From Bdellovibrio sp. (GTDB taxonomy: Bacteria; Bdellovibrionota; Bdellovibrionia; Bdellovibrionales; Bdellovibrionaceae): a stretch of 64,000 nt of DNA. A program made the translations under genes and the position numbers. The stretch covers positions 704,001-768,000 of the forward strand of contig JAKFCY010000002.1 of NCBI GenBank assembly GCA_036676395.1, given 5' to 3'. Under the pieces are notes generated by a model that saw only the letters and a program-made list of their open reading frames with translations, did no database searches and had not been told where the DNA came from. Position 1 is the first letter of the stretch. Each line of letters begins with the position of its first letter. Below, piece after piece: positions 29,270-39,775 of this stretch.

Positions 29270-31537
29270 ATGGCTAAAATCGAAACATCACCAGAAATGG
29301 TCAAACAAGTTTACCAAACTACACGTGAAAAAACGGAAGTTATTCGTAAACGTTTAAACCGTTCATTAACTCTTGCTGAAAAAATTATTTACGGTCACTT
29401 AGATGATCCGCAAAACCAAGAAATCAACCGTGGCTCTTCATTCTTACTTTTACGACCAGACCGCGTAGCGATGCAAGATGCGACAGCGCAAATGGCGATC
29501 TTACAATTTATGTTAGCTGATAAACCAGAAGCTGCAGTTCCTTCAACTGTTCACTGCGATCACTTAATCCAAGCCTACCAAGGTAAAGAAAAAGATATGG
29601 CTGCTTCGAACACAACGAATAAAGAAGTTTTTGATTTCTTAGCGACAGCTTCTTCAAAATACAATATCGGTTTCTGGAAACCAGGTGCAGGTATTATTCA
29701 CCAAGTAATTTTAGAAAATTACGCATTTCCGGGTGGATTAATGATCGGTACAGATTCACATACTCCAAACGCTGGTGGTTTAGGTATGTGTGCTGTAGGT
29801 GTCGGTGGATCTGATGCTTCAGATGTAATGGTTGGCCTTCCTTGGGAAGTTAAAAATCCAAAATTAATCGGTGTTCACTTAAAAGGTAAAATGAGCGGTT
29901 GGACTTCAGCAAAAGATGTCATCTTAAAACTTTGCGGAATGTTAACTGTAAAAGGTGGAACAGATAAAATCGTAGAATACTTTGGCGAAGGCGCAGACAA
30001 CATTTCTTGTACTGGTAAAGCTACGATCACAAACATGGGCGCTGAATTAGGTGCGACATGTTCTGTATTTCCATACGATGCAAAAATGTCTGGGTATTTA
30101 AAAGCTACAGGTCGCGCTGATTTAGCAGCGATTGCGGATAGCAACAAAGATATCTTACGCGCGGATGATGATGTTATCGCTAATCCTAAAAACTATTTCG
30201 ACGAAGTTTACGAAATCGATTTATCAGTTTTAGAACCACACTTAGTTGGTCCTCATACTCCAGATTTAGCTCGTCCGATTTCTAAAATCGCTGAAGAAGC
30301 TAAAGCTAACGGTTGGACTTTAAAATTATCATCTGCACTTATCGGTTCTTGCACGAATTCTTCATACGAAGATATCGGTAGATCTGCGAACCTAGCTGAA
30401 CAGGCGATGAAAATCGGCGTTAAAATGGCTCAGCCATTTTTAGTTTCTCCGGGTTCAGCACAAGTTTACAACACAGTTTCTCGTGATGGCCAAATGGCAA
30501 CGTTTGAAGCTGTAGGTGCAACAGTGTTAGCTAATGCCTGCGGACCTTGTATCGGTCAGTGGAAACGTGATGACATTAAACACGGTGAGAAAAATACAAT
30601 TGTAACTTCATTCAATCGTAATTTTCGCGGCCGTAATGATGCCAACATGGAAACTTTAGCTTTCATCGGTTCACCAGAACTAGTTATGGCTTTAGGTTTG
30701 GCGGGTCGTTTAGATTTTAATCCGTTAACTGAAGAATTAGTGGGACCAAAAGGTAAAATTAAATTAACTCCGCCAGAAGCTCCAGAGCTTCCTGAAAATG
30801 GTTTTGTTCCTGATTTAGTCGGTTACCAAAAACCAGAAGGCGCAACGGCAAAAGTAGCTATTGCTCCGGATTCTCCTCGTTTACAATTCTTACAACCATT
30901 CACAAAATGGGATGGAAAAGATTTCGAAGGCCATTTATTATTAGCAAAAGCTAAAGGAAAATGTACAACAGATCATATCAGCCCAGGTGGTAAATGGTTA
31001 AACTTCCGTGGTCACTTAGATAAAATCTCTGACAACATGTTGTTAGGAGCTGACAACGCATTTTTACCAGGTGTTATCGGAAAAGGTAATAATCTGTTAG
31101 ATGGTTCACAAAAAGAATTCGCGGCAGTTGCCCGTGATTACCAAGCTAAAGGTAAATCTTGGATGATTATCGGTGATGAAAATTACGGTGAAGGTTCTTC
31201 TCGTGAACACGCAGCAATGAGCCCAAGATACTTAGGTTGTACTGCGGTTATCACTAAATCTTTTGCCCGTATCCACGAAACAAATCTTAAAAAACAAGGT
31301 GTGTTAGCGGCTACTTTCGCAAATCCCGCTGATTACGAAAAAATCCAGGAAAAAGATACTTTATCAATCCGCGGCTTAAATGATTTAGCTCCAGGAAAAA
31401 ACTTATTCCTAGAATTAAAACATCAAGACGGATCGACTGAGAAAATCGAAATTAAGCACACATACAACGCAGAGCAAATTAAATGGTTTAAAGCAGGTTC
31501 TGCCTTGAATCTAATCCGTTCTGGCGGCAAAGTTTAA
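29270..31537 (+). CDS. Aconitate hydratase (mitochondrial-type)
   Basis: [29 protein letters not shown] and [12 protein letters not shown] motifs. Confidence 0.95.
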   Translation: MAKIETSPEMVKQVYQTTREKTEVIRKRLNRSLTLAEKIIYGHLDDPQNQEINRGSSFLLLRPDRVAMQDATAQMAILQFMLADKPEAAVPSTVHCDHLIQAYQGKEKDMAASNTTNKEVFDFLATASSKYNIGFWKPGAGIIHQVILENYAFPGGLMIGTDSHTPNAGGLGMCAVGVGGSDASDVMVGLPWEVKNPKLIGVHLKGKMSGWTSAKDVILKLCGMLTVKGGTDKIVEYFGEGADNISCTGKATITNMGAELGATCSVFPYDAKMSGYLKATGRADLAAIADSNKDILRADDDVIANPKNYFDEVYEIDLSVLEPHLVGPHTPDLARPISKIAEEAKANGWTLKLSSALIGSCTNSSYEDIGRSANLAEQAMKIGVKMAQPFLVSPGSAQVYNTVSRDGQMATFEAVGATVLANACGPCIGQWKRDDIKHGEKNTIVTSFNRNFRGRNDANMETLAFIGSPELVMALGLAGRLDFNPLTEELVGPKGKIKLTPPEAPELPENGFVPDLVGYQKPEGATAKVAIAPDSPRLQFLQPFTKWDGKDFEGHLLLAKAKGKCTTDHISPGGKWLNFRGHLDKISDNMLLGADNAFLPGVIGKGNNLLDGSQKEFAAVARDYQAKGKSWMIIGDENYGEGSSREHAAMSPRYLGCTAVITKSFARIHETNLKKQGVLAATFANPADYEKIQEKDTLSIRGLNDLAPGKNLFLELKHQDGSTEKIEIKHTYNAEQIKWFKAGSALNLIRSGGKV

Positions 31538-31562
31538 TAACTGATTGTTAATTCAATTCTCG

Positions 31563-31595
31563 AAAGGGCTCTCAAGCGTTGAGGGCCCTTTTTTT
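31563..31595 (+). terminator. Intrinsic terminator
   Basis: AAAGGGCTCTCAA-GCG-TTGAGGGCCCTTTTTTT. Confidence 0.85.
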
Positions 31596-31609
31596 ATTTA
31601 TAGGGATCT

Positions 31610-32545
31610 ATGGCAAAATTAAATTCCCAGCTTATTCAGCGTTTTCACGAGATTGTTAAAAAATCTTCTGAAGTGATTTTGGATAAAGAAGGCCAAATTA
31701 TTAATACCGTCATCTGTATGATCGCGCGCGGGCATCTGTTAATCGAAGACGAACCTGGGGTTGGTAAGACAACTCTGGCTCAAACGATCGCAAAGCTTAC
31801 GGGCTTACAGCAAAGCCGCATCCAGTTCACAAATGATTTACTGCCGGCCGATATTATCGGTCATATGGTCTTTAATAATGAAAAGCATGAGTTCTATTTT
31901 AAAGAAGGCCCCCTGTTTTCAGAACTAGTTCTGGCCGATGAATTAAACCGCGCTAATCCAAAAACCCAAAGTGCCTTGCTGCAGGCTATGGAAGAAAGTT
32001 CGGTCACCGTAGATCGCAAGACCTATGATTTATCTGAAAATTTCTTTCTCATAGCGACGCAAAATCCAAAAATGCAAATCGGAACCTACGCTTTACCTGA
32101 AAGTCAGGTTGACCGTTTTTTAATGTCGATTCATTTGGATTATATTTCGAAAAATTCAGAAGTGAAACTGATCTTGGGTGATAACCCCCGTAAACTGATT
32201 GAAGGGCTGCAGCCGATCATCAGTAAAGATGATTTATTACAAGCTCACAAAGAGTCGCAAAAAGTTCACATGGATACAAAACTTGCCGAGTTTATTGCTG
32301 ACTTGTTACAGGTAAGCCGCACGCGACAGGACCAGTTTCAGTCTTTATCGACTCGAGCCGGGCTTGCTTTGGTGCAAACTAGTAAAGCGCGAGCTTTTTT
32401 GAATGGGCATGATTTTGTGGCTCCAGATGATTTATTATTGTCACTTAAACCCGTATTAGCGCATCGTTTGGCGGATCAACAAGGTTTACCTTTCGGAGAA
32501 CAAAAAGTTGAAGAGCTTTTACAACTGGTTCAAATCCCTCAGTAA
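31610..32545 (+). CDS. moxR: MoxR-family AAA+ ATPase
   Basis: EDEPGVGKT, RIQFT.DLLPADI and ADELNRA.PKTQSALL motifs. Confidence 0.93.
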   Translation: MAKLNSQLIQRFHEIVKKSSEVILDKEGQIINTVICMIARGHLLIEDEPGVGKTTLAQTIAKLTGLQQSRIQFTNDLLPADIIGHMVFNNEKHEFYFKEGPLFSELVLADELNRANPKTQSALLQAMEESSVTVDRKTYDLSENFFLIATQNPKMQIGTYALPESQVDRFLMSIHLDYISKNSEVKLILGDNPRKLIEGLQPIISKDDLLQAHKESQKVHMDTKLAEFIADLLQVSRTRQDQFQSLSTRAGLALVQTSKARAFLNGHDFVAPDDLLLSLKPVLAHRLADQQGLPFGEQKVEELLQLVQIPQ

Positions 32546-33431
32546 AATTCCGGTCAGGGTAAATACACCCAGACCGTATATTGTCCCGACGGGATTAGGG
32601 TTTAGCTATGGCGTTTTAGTTTTTGTTATTGTTATTGTCAGTGTGAACAACAGAAATAATCTGATTTTTCTTTTTGCTTTCTTTTTGTTTTCTGTGGGGC
32701 TTATCACGATGTTGATGAGCCATAAAAATTTTGAAAAAATTAAAATGAGTTTTTTACAGGCCTCTTTACTTTTTAAGAATGAAGCGGGTGTATTAACTTA
32801 CACTATTGAAAACCCAAGGTCTAAAGATAGTTTTGTGATTTCAGTCGGTGATAAGACCGTAGATTCAATTCACGCCCATGAAAAGCGGGATGTGCAAATT
32901 AATTATTTGCCAGATCACTATGGGATTTATCAATTACCGGTGCAAAAACTTGAAAGTCGCTTTCCATTGCAGTTTTTGCGCGTCTGGAGGTATATCCAGC
33001 CCGAAGTGCGAATCACGGTTTTTCCAGAAAAGATTAATTATTTCGGTTTAAGTGCACTCATTTCAGAAACTGAAACTGGTGTACAAAAAAAACAACTTCT
33101 AGACAGCTTAGAAAAAGAAATATCACATTTTGACCGCTTTCAAGTCACAGACCCACCTCAGCACATCAATTGGAAGATTTTGGCAAAAACGAACGATTTA
33201 TACGTTAACAAATATGAATCGTTGACGAGCGAACAACAGCAAGTGGTTCTTCGTTGGAAAGACACTGAACCCTTAGTTGATATTGAAAAGCGTAAGTCGC
33301 AGTTCGCTTACTGGATTGACGAAGTTTATAAATTAAAAAAATCATTTGTGGTTGAATTTGAAGAACAAAAGGTAGAAGTAGCTCAGAATGATTATAAACA
33401 CTTGCTGAAAGCCTTAAGGCTATTACTATGA
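32508..33431 (+). CDS. DUF58-domain protein
   Basis: YIVPT..G N-terminal TM pair; SRFPL and D..HINWK..AK motifs; lies between moxR and the transglutaminase; start uncertain. Confidence 0.8.
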   Translation: MKSFYNWFKSLSKIPVRVNTPRPYIVPTGLGFSYGVLVFVIVIVSVNNRNNLIFLFAFFLFSVGLITMLMSHKNFEKIKMSFLQASLLFKNEAGVLTYTIENPRSKDSFVISVGDKTVDSIHAHEKRDVQINYLPDHYGIYQLPVQKLESRFPLQFLRVWRYIQPEVRITVFPEKINYFGLSALISETETGVQKKQLLDSLEKEISHFDRFQVTDPPQHINWKILAKTNDLYVNKYESLTSEQQQVVLRWKDTEPLVDIEKRKSQFAYWIDEVYKLKKSFVVEFEEQKVEVAQNDYKHLLKALRLLL

Positions 33432-35383
33432 AAAAATATATCTTACCGGTAGTTCTATTTTTTCAAATGGTATTACTTTTTACCGAAGTTCCGAATTGGG
33501 TTATTCTCACGAGTGTACTGTTTTTAATTTTAAGCACTCTGTCTTGGGGTAAAAATTTGCCGCGCATCAAAACCATCACAGGAGTTTTTTCTGTCATTGT
33601 TGTTATGGTAGCCGTTCGGAAGTTTAGCTTTATTTTATCCAATGAATTAATTGCCAGCCTATTAATTATTTTAACCAGCATTCGTTTAATCGAACATCGT
33701 TTTGATCAGGCAGAGCCGCCGTACTTTTTATTTTTATTGGGGCTTTTTCTGGCCGTGGTTAAATTTGTCTTTCAAATCGATTTTATTTTTGGTGTCTATG
33801 CTTTTTTAGCGACAGTGTTTTATCTTTACCAGTTTTTTCCAGAAAGCTTTCAAAAAAATTACCCTAAAGAAAGTTTTAAAGTCTTAAGAACAATTATTTT
33901 GTATTCTGTTCCGATGACGGTTTTACTTTTTTTGGTGTTTCCGCAGTTTAAATTTGATGGCGGCAGACAGCGTAATTACGGCCTGTTTTCACAGATTGGT
34001 GCCAGCGGGTTTTCTGGTGAACTTCGACCGGGATCAATTTCAGAATTAGTAAATAATGAAAATATCGCATTTCGCGCTGAATTTACCGAATATGCGCCAT
34101 CGCAAAGCGCTCTTTACTGGCGGGGACAAGTCTTAGACCGTTCGCAAGGATTATTATGGCGGCGCTCGAACCCATTAAACCATACGCCAGAAGTTGTCGA
34201 AGATGATGGCACAGTTTTTCGACCTAAATACAAAATTATCTTAGAGCCACACTACAAAGAGCAATTATTTACGCTGTATGAAACAGACTCTGTGAATTCG
34301 TCAGAAAAACTTTTATTATCTGATAAAAATAACACTTATTCATTACCTTCTGCTTTGAGCGAACGATTGGTGTATAACGGCGAAATTCAATTCAATCTAA
34401 AACAAAAATTAACTCAAGGCCGAGAAGAGTTTCTGCATTTAAATCGACGATCGGCTAAAGTTGAAGAGCTGCTAAAAACCTTAATTCCTGCATCATCACA
34501 AGAGGCGCAAACTGCCGAGCAAAAGGTAAATCGATTAGCAAAGTTTTTTGCAGAAAATAAATTTGAATACAGACTTTCTGGACAAGAATTAGCCGTGAAC
34601 TCGTTAGAAGACTTTTTATTCAAAACTAAAGTAGGCTTTTGCGAACACTATGCTTCAGCAGCCGCATTGCTTTTACGCTATTGGGGGGTACCTTCACGGG
34701 TTGTGGTGGGTTACCAAGGCGGCGAACTAAACAAAGCCGGAAATTTTTGGACTATAAAACAACAAGATGCGCATGCTTGGGTTGAATATTTAGACGAAAA
34801 TAATATCTGGGTGTTATATGATCCTATAACTGCTATCGCTCCGGATCGTATTGCTATCGGTGCCACTTTCTTAATGAATCCGACGGGACGCGGACAACTA
34901 TGGAAGCAGTTAAGCAATAGATTTGAAATCTTTGATCAAATTTCTACTTTTTTAGAAACATCGAATTATCGTTGGACACTTTTCTTCGTTGAGTATTCCA
35001 GCTCAAATTTTCAACGCGAAATTCTTAAATTTTACGAAGACAACGAAGATGTACAATTAGCGGCCCGGTTAATCTTTCTTCTATTGTGTATTTTTGTTGT
35101 CTATCGCTTAACCAAAAAAATTATTTACCGCCGCCGACCTTTAAATGAGCGCTATTATTTAGAATTACACCGCTTTTTTGCCAAACGATTACCGCAAGAA
35201 AAGAATGAATCTTTTGAGAGCTGGAAGTCGCGGTTATTGGAAAAATATCCCGCCATGAGTGAGAGTGTCGAAGAGATTTTTTCGCTTTATCTTAGAAATA
35301 GATACGGCGCCCAAGCCAGTGCGTCTGAGTTTAAAAGGTTTAAGTCGCTTTTGAATAAAAATAGCTTCAGTTTCGAAAACTGA
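33428..35383 (+). CDS. TgpA-like membrane transglutaminase-family protein (DUF3488)
   Basis: LYWRG, GFCEHYAS, RVVVGYQGGE, HAWVE and DP motifs. Confidence 0.92.
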   Translation: MKKYILPVVLFFQMVLLFTEVPNWVILTSVLFLILSTLSWGKNLPRIKTITGVFSVIVVMVAVRKFSFILSNELIASLLIILTSIRLIEHRFDQAEPPYFLFLLGLFLAVVKFVFQIDFIFGVYAFLATVFYLYQFFPESFQKNYPKESFKVLRTIILYSVPMTVLLFLVFPQFKFDGGRQRNYGLFSQIGASGFSGELRPGSISELVNNENIAFRAEFTEYAPSQSALYWRGQVLDRSQGLLWRRSNPLNHTPEVVEDDGTVFRPKYKIILEPHYKEQLFTLYETDSVNSSEKLLLSDKNNTYSLPSALSERLVYNGEIQFNLKQKLTQGREEFLHLNRRSAKVEELLKTLIPASSQEAQTAEQKVNRLAKFFAENKFEYRLSGQELAVNSLEDFLFKTKVGFCEHYASAAALLLRYWGVPSRVVVGYQGGELNKAGNFWTIKQQDAHAWVEYLDENNIWVLYDPITAIAPDRIAIGATFLMNPTGRGQLWKQLSNRFEIFDQISTFLETSNYRWTLFFVEYSSSNFQREILKFYEDNEDVQLAARLIFLLLCIFVVYRLTKKIIYRRRPLNERYYLELHRFFAKRLPQEKNESFESWKSRLLEKYPAMSESVEEIFSLYLRNRYGAQASASEFKRFKSLLNKNSFSFEN

Positions 35384-35479
35384 TCTTCTTATTTTTTAGA
35401 ATTATTTAGATTCTATTCTTAAAATCCGGACTCCGGATCCCTATTAAGCAATACAAGTCTACTACGCCTGATTAACTTT

Positions 35480-35497
35480 CGGAGTCAGGATTGCTTT
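35480..35497 (+). promoter_or_regulatory. sigma54-like promoter
   Basis: CGGAGTCAGGATTGCTTT (GG-N10-GC with TTGC). Confidence 0.55.
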
Positions 35498-35536
35498 AGT
35501 CCTTCTCGTGACTTTTAAAATTCTTGAGGAGGAATT

Positions 35537-37345
35537 ATGAAGAAATTACAAATGGTACTAGTTTTAGCCCACACACTGACGAGCTTAAATGCGCATGCTG
35601 TTCAAATTAATGAGCCCGGTATTCATAAAGCAAAACTTATGATGAGTGAAAGTGAGCTTATACAAGCGGTTAAGAATGATCGCTCTACTCGAATGACTAG
35701 TCCTACAACTTTAGGATTTGGTGATGCGGCTTTAGAAGCTGAACAGTTGGAAGAATTATTACAATCACGTTTACGCGAAGTTGAAAGTTTAACCTTTTTT
35801 CGTGATCTACATTCATTAGATAATGCCCTTACTTTTTCAGCTTTAGCTTTCCAAGCTTGGAATCCTGAACTTCGCGCTATAGATATCAAAACACAGATCG
35901 TAAGAAACATCGTGAACTTCGGATTTATGGAAGGCTTTCTTTTGCCAACCATGAGCATTATTGATTTATCTTACGCCACAGGAAAACCCAATTTTGGAAA
36001 TTTATTGAACTCAATGTTAGCTGAAATTACACCGAATTTCGGAAAAGGACTCAGTGAGCTATATTCTGTTCCCGTTGAAGTAGAGGGAAGAACTTTTTTG
36101 CAAATATCCCAGCAAGGTCGCGCTGGAATGTGGCAGGCACTTATCACAGAATTAGATTCTAGTTTTTTTGCAAATCATGTTCAGTTCAGCAAACAAGACT
36201 TAATAACTAGGGCTTTGCTAAATGATCTTGATCCTATGAACTCGCAAGATAAAACTATGAACCACTTTTTAAATAAAACACTTAGATCCGATAGTAGTTT
36301 CTTAAGTCATTATCTTAAACAAAATCAACACAATGCGAATTCAAATATAGGTAATATAAAGGAAAGAGATCAAAGCCTCAAAAAAGGAGTTTTTTCAAAT
36401 GCGTCAGCTACCGATGCCAAAAGCTGCCAAGCTAGATGTAACGACGAAATTGTCAAACGTCTTAATGCGGTAGTCGTAACTAGTACTGCTATCGGTGGCG
36501 CAATCGGCAGTGGGCTTGGGGCTTATTTTGCTGGCCCGTTAGGTATAGTAATGGGAATTAAAAAGGGCGGAGCTATTGGAGCAGCTGCTGGTGTTGTTAT
36601 TGGAGGTTCGTTCGCAACCTCAGCTGGTTTAGTCGAATGTCGTGCTTCAGTTCCTTGTGTTGAAGAAAAAAAGCAGGAGGAAAGCCAGAAGAAAAAGGAG
36701 CAAGAAATCGCATTAAAAAAGCAGAAGGAAGATAGAGAGCGCGACGAAAAAGCAAAAAAATTAGCTGCTGATAAAAAGAAAGCAGAAGATGCAAAAAAAC
36801 AGCATGCTGAAGACGCAAAAAAAAGAATCCAAGAAGAAGCTCGTAAAGAAAAGACTATTAATGAGACCAAGCAAGCGGAGCTAGATAAAAAAACTAAAGA
36901 AAAGCAAACTGCCGAACAAAAAAGAGTAGAAGAAGTTAAAGAAAAACAAATTGCAGAAACCCAAAGATTAGTAGAAGAGCAAAGAGCAAAAGAAAGACAA
37001 ATCGAAGCTGCGAAAAAGTCCGAAGACGCTAAAAAGAAACAGGACGAAGCAGATGCAAAAAAGAAAAAAGAAGATCAAGATAAAGAAGAAGATGAGGTAG
37101 TTCTGGGGCCTATGGGAAAAACTATGATTACCGAGGATGAAAGCTCAGGAGTATCTTTGGAAGAAGTTCAAAAAATGAAAAAAGACAGCATTAGTGCGCC
37201 AATGGCGCCAGAAATTGAAGGTTTACAAAAAACATTCACTCCTAGCAACATGGACATGATCATCAAAACAGTGGTTAAGGAAAAACACGCCAATCCGATT
37301 CGCGTAAATTCAATCTATCCGACTGATCCTAATCTTGGAGACTAA
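35537..37345 (+). CDS. Secreted protein with a Cys-flanked glycine zipper and a long charged coiled coil (candidate membrane-active toxin)
   Basis: GAGGAGG RBS; signal peptide ending NAHA; GxxxG-rich hydrophobic hairpin; about 145 aa K/E-rich region. Confidence 0.7.
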   Translation: MKKLQMVLVLAHTLTSLNAHAVQINEPGIHKAKLMMSESELIQAVKNDRSTRMTSPTTLGFGDAALEAEQLEELLQSRLREVESLTFFRDLHSLDNALTFSALAFQAWNPELRAIDIKTQIVRNIVNFGFMEGFLLPTMSIIDLSYATGKPNFGNLLNSMLAEITPNFGKGLSELYSVPVEVEGRTFLQISQQGRAGMWQALITELDSSFFANHVQFSKQDLITRALLNDLDPMNSQDKTMNHFLNKTLRSDSSFLSHYLKQNQHNANSNIGNIKERDQSLKKGVFSNASATDAKSCQARCNDEIVKRLNAVVVTSTAIGGAIGSGLGAYFAGPLGIVMGIKKGGAIGAAAGVVIGGSFATSAGLVECRASVPCVEEKKQEESQKKKEQEIALKKQKEDRERDEKAKKLAADKKKAEDAKKQHAEDAKKRIQEEARKEKTINETKQAELDKKTKEKQTAEQKRVEEVKEKQIAETQRLVEEQRAKERQIEAAKKSEDAKKKQDEADAKKKKEDQDKEEDEVVLGPMGKTMITEDESSGVSLEEVQKMKKDSISAPMAPEIEGLQKTFTPSNMDMIIKTVVKEKHANPIRVNSIYPTDPNLGD

Positions 37346-37346
37346 C

Positions 37347-37607
37347 ATGAATTTTTTAACTAAAAATAGCCTTAGAATGCCAAATTGGACTGCCATTCTA
37401 TTAGTTACTGCAGCTCTTGTGGGTGAAGCACAATATATGAATGCGTTTATTATGTCCTTTTTTATGATGATCTTGCACTTTCAAGAGGATTTGAGTGCTG
37501 CACTGCCAAAATGGATTTTATGGTTTAACCGAGTATTATTTGTAACTTTGTCAGTATTTTTTGTTTTTGTAGATCAAACAAAGAAAATTTTAGAATTTAT
37601 TTTTTAA
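37347..37607 (+). CDS. Small multi-TM protein (candidate immunity protein 1)
   Basis: GGAG RBS; about three hydrophobic helices; paralogue of the next gene. Confidence 0.65.
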   Translation: MNFLTKNSLRMPNWTAILLVTAALVGEAQYMNAFIMSFFMMILHFQEDLSAALPKWILWFNRVLFVTLSVFFVFVDQTKKILEFIF

Positions 37608-37648
37608 ATGTGGTTAATCGCGCAATTGTGCCGAATGGTGGAGAATAT

Positions 37649-37948
37649 ATGAATAAACCCAAAAAAGATCTCAAAGAAACGGTAACTGAGTTAAAAGAAC
37701 TTTTTACTTATCAATTTCCATATTGGGCGACAATTCTTTTGATTTTTGCGGCTACCTCTAAAGATATTCCACGTTTAAAATTTGTTTTAATGTTAATAAT
37801 TATTTTGGTAGGTCTTGAACAAAAATTTATGATAGGTCGCATACCTAAATGGATCATTTTAACACTACAAATCTTGCTTACGCCTCTTATGCTTCTGTTT
37901 TTTTTCGAAAATGAATTTCGAGCAATAGGTCAGTATTTTGGTTGGTAG
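37649..37948 (+). CDS. Small multi-TM protein (candidate immunity protein 2)
   Basis: GGAG RBS; shares P.W..ILL..AA and PKWI motifs with the previous gene. Confidence 0.65.
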   Translation: MNKPKKDLKETVTELKELFTYQFPYWATILLIFAATSKDIPRLKFVLMLIIILVGLEQKFMIGRIPKWIILTLQILLTPLMLLFFFENEFRAIGQYFGW

Positions 37949-37953
37949 CAGAT

Positions 37954-38733
37954 TTACAAACTAATCTGCTCAATCACCCAGTCAGGAAACTGAAAACTGA
38001 TATCGTGGCCTGCATCTGGGTGAATCACATGTTTGCAGCGCCATTTGTTTTCGATGTCTTTCGAACAATCAGCGCTGACGAAGCGATCTTTGCCGCCACT
38101 CATTAAGACAACTTCTGTGGGTGGTGTTTGCGGAAACGCATAAGTCGAAGCTGCTACTAGCTGACGAATAATGTTTTTTGGATGGGCAGAGTTAGTTTTA
38201 CTAAAGCTTAGCATCGAATCAAAGGCGTGTTTGTAATCAGATAAAATTTGATCTTTTGTAAGTGTGGTTGTTACTTCTAGTGACGCCACTTCTTTATCTT
38301 CTGGCGCGTGCATAAAGCGCATACGTACACCTAATCTCATAGCATCAATACTTAAACGTTTAAATACATTCGAAAAGTTTGCAGCACTGGTATTTGAAAT
38401 AAAAATCTTTTTGAAAAAATTAGGGCGTTGCTTCGCCCATTCGACCATAGCCATTGATCCTAGTGAAAGTGAATAGCCGTAAGTTGGTAGCGTGGAATTA
38501 AAGTTTTGCTTTTTTAATTGCCCATCGAATGATTCTATAAACTCAGACACTTTTAATGGGGTCGCCACTTTATTCATGTAACCATTGCCGGGAACATCGA
38601 TGTAATAAATTTTATCGTTAGGAAAGGCCTGTTGCAGCTTTTCTGGAAACTGACCCCAGTGACCTGCACCTCGGGCTAAGCCGCGAATTAAGATCCAGTT
38701 TTTTACTTGAGGGTTTTGTGCTGTGGGTACCAT
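37954..38733 (-). CDS. Alpha/beta-fold hydrolase
   Basis: LIRGLAR...HWG; SLSLG nucleophile elbow; D and AGHD catalytic residues. Confidence 0.85.
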   Translation of the reverse strand: MVPTAQNPQVKNWILIRGLARGAGHWGQFPEKLQQAFPNDKIYYIDVPGNGYMNKVATPLKVSEFIESFDGQLKKQNFNSTLPTYGYSLSLGSMAMVEWAKQRPNFFKKIFISNTSAANFSNVFKRLSIDAMRLGVRMRFMHAPEDKEVASLEVTTTLTKDQILSDYKHAFDSMLSFSKTNSAHPKNIIRQLVAASTYAFPQTPPTEVVLMSGGKDRFVSADCSKDIENKWRCKHVIHPDAGHDISFQFPDWVIEQISL

Positions 38734-39758
38734 TTTTCTAAGCCTTTGTTGTAATAGTCTAACAAGTCTAGATTTTTAAACTGTTCGCTCTGGCTGTAAA
38801 GCAAAAAGCGGATTAAAAAATCAATCAGAAGCTGGTGACGGCGTAAAGTGCGTTTAATGCGGTGTTTTTTGATCGGGTTGAATAAACCATCTAGTTTAAA
38901 AATCTGTAACGGATTTTTCTTAACCCAAATCCATGAGCCCAATTCTAAAGTTAACGGAATATAGTTTAGGTTTTTAATTCTTTCGTGAGCGATGTAATCC
39001 CATAGATCACCATGTGTGCAGTACACTTTGGATTGGGGCTCAATTTTATAAATATGAAACGGGTAGACCTTTTCAAAGTATTCCATCATCGCCGTAATAA
39101 AATCTAATTTTGGATATGGATTTTTACTAAATGCCCACGGAAACCAAATTTGATCTTTAAAGCCAAAGCCTGAATGAATGTCTAAAGATAAGGTAAATTT
39201 TGAGCGTAAAATTTCGCGCGTTACTTCATCGACCACGAATTGTGATTCAATTTGCATGGGCTCATTAATTTTTCCGCGATACCACGGAAGTAGATTTGTT
39301 AATCGATGACCGCCAGCCAGGGCGGGAACTTTTTCTTTGGCCTCAATAGGGGCGTTACGCATTAGATCGACACCATTGGCGTTTGATCGCGTGCGCTCTT
39401 GAATACCAACTGGGTTAATGAATGGAAAAAATATGAAGCGAATATCCTGTAATTTATTTTGAAAAACTAAATCCCAACTTGAAAGTTCAAAATATTTTTC
39501 AAGCAGTGATACGCAAAGCTGGCTTCCGATTTTTTCTAAACCATGCACGCCACCGGTTAGAATCAATGTGACTTTTTCTTCTGATTTTTTTTTTGAAGTT
39601 TTATCTTCGCAAATCACTTTCCACAGCGGGAAAGATGTTCCTTGGTGAATAACTTCTGACAGTGTTTGAAAAGTCCAATAGGGGTTCTTTTGTTCTCTTT
39701 GTTTTTTAAGAACTTGTTCAAACTGAAAATATTCGTGAAAGTTAGGCTGATTCAACAT
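38703..39758 (-). CDS. M14-family zinc carboxypeptidase-like protein
   Basis: GGVHGLE, R.NANGVDLMRN, DIHSG and TLELG motifs. Confidence 0.88.
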   Translation of the reverse strand: MLNQPNFHEYFQFEQVLKKQREQKNPYWTFQTLSEVIHQGTSFPLWKVICEDKTSKKKSEEKVTLILTGGVHGLEKIGSQLCVSLLEKYFELSSWDLVFQNKLQDIRFIFFPFINPVGIQERTRSNANGVDLMRNAPIEAKEKVPALAGGHRLTNLLPWYRGKINEPMQIESQFVVDEVTREILRSKFTLSLDIHSGFGFKDQIWFPWAFSKNPYPKLDFITAMMEYFEKVYPFHIYKIEPQSKVYCTHGDLWDYIAHERIKNLNYIPLTLELGSWIWVKKNPLQIFKLDGLFNPIKKHRIKRTLRRHQLLIDFLIRFLLYSQSEQFKNLDLLDYYNKGLEKWYPQHKTLK

Positions 39759-39775
39759 CAGCCCCTAGAGTAAAA

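Noticed and set aside
31610..35383. MoxR-DUF58-transglutaminase triad as a novel system
   Set aside because: Well-known, widespread gene arrangement
36659..37095. A-rich quasi-repeats as a CRISPR or tandem-repeat array
   Set aside because: Explained by K/E coiled-coil codons; no constant repeat-spacer structure
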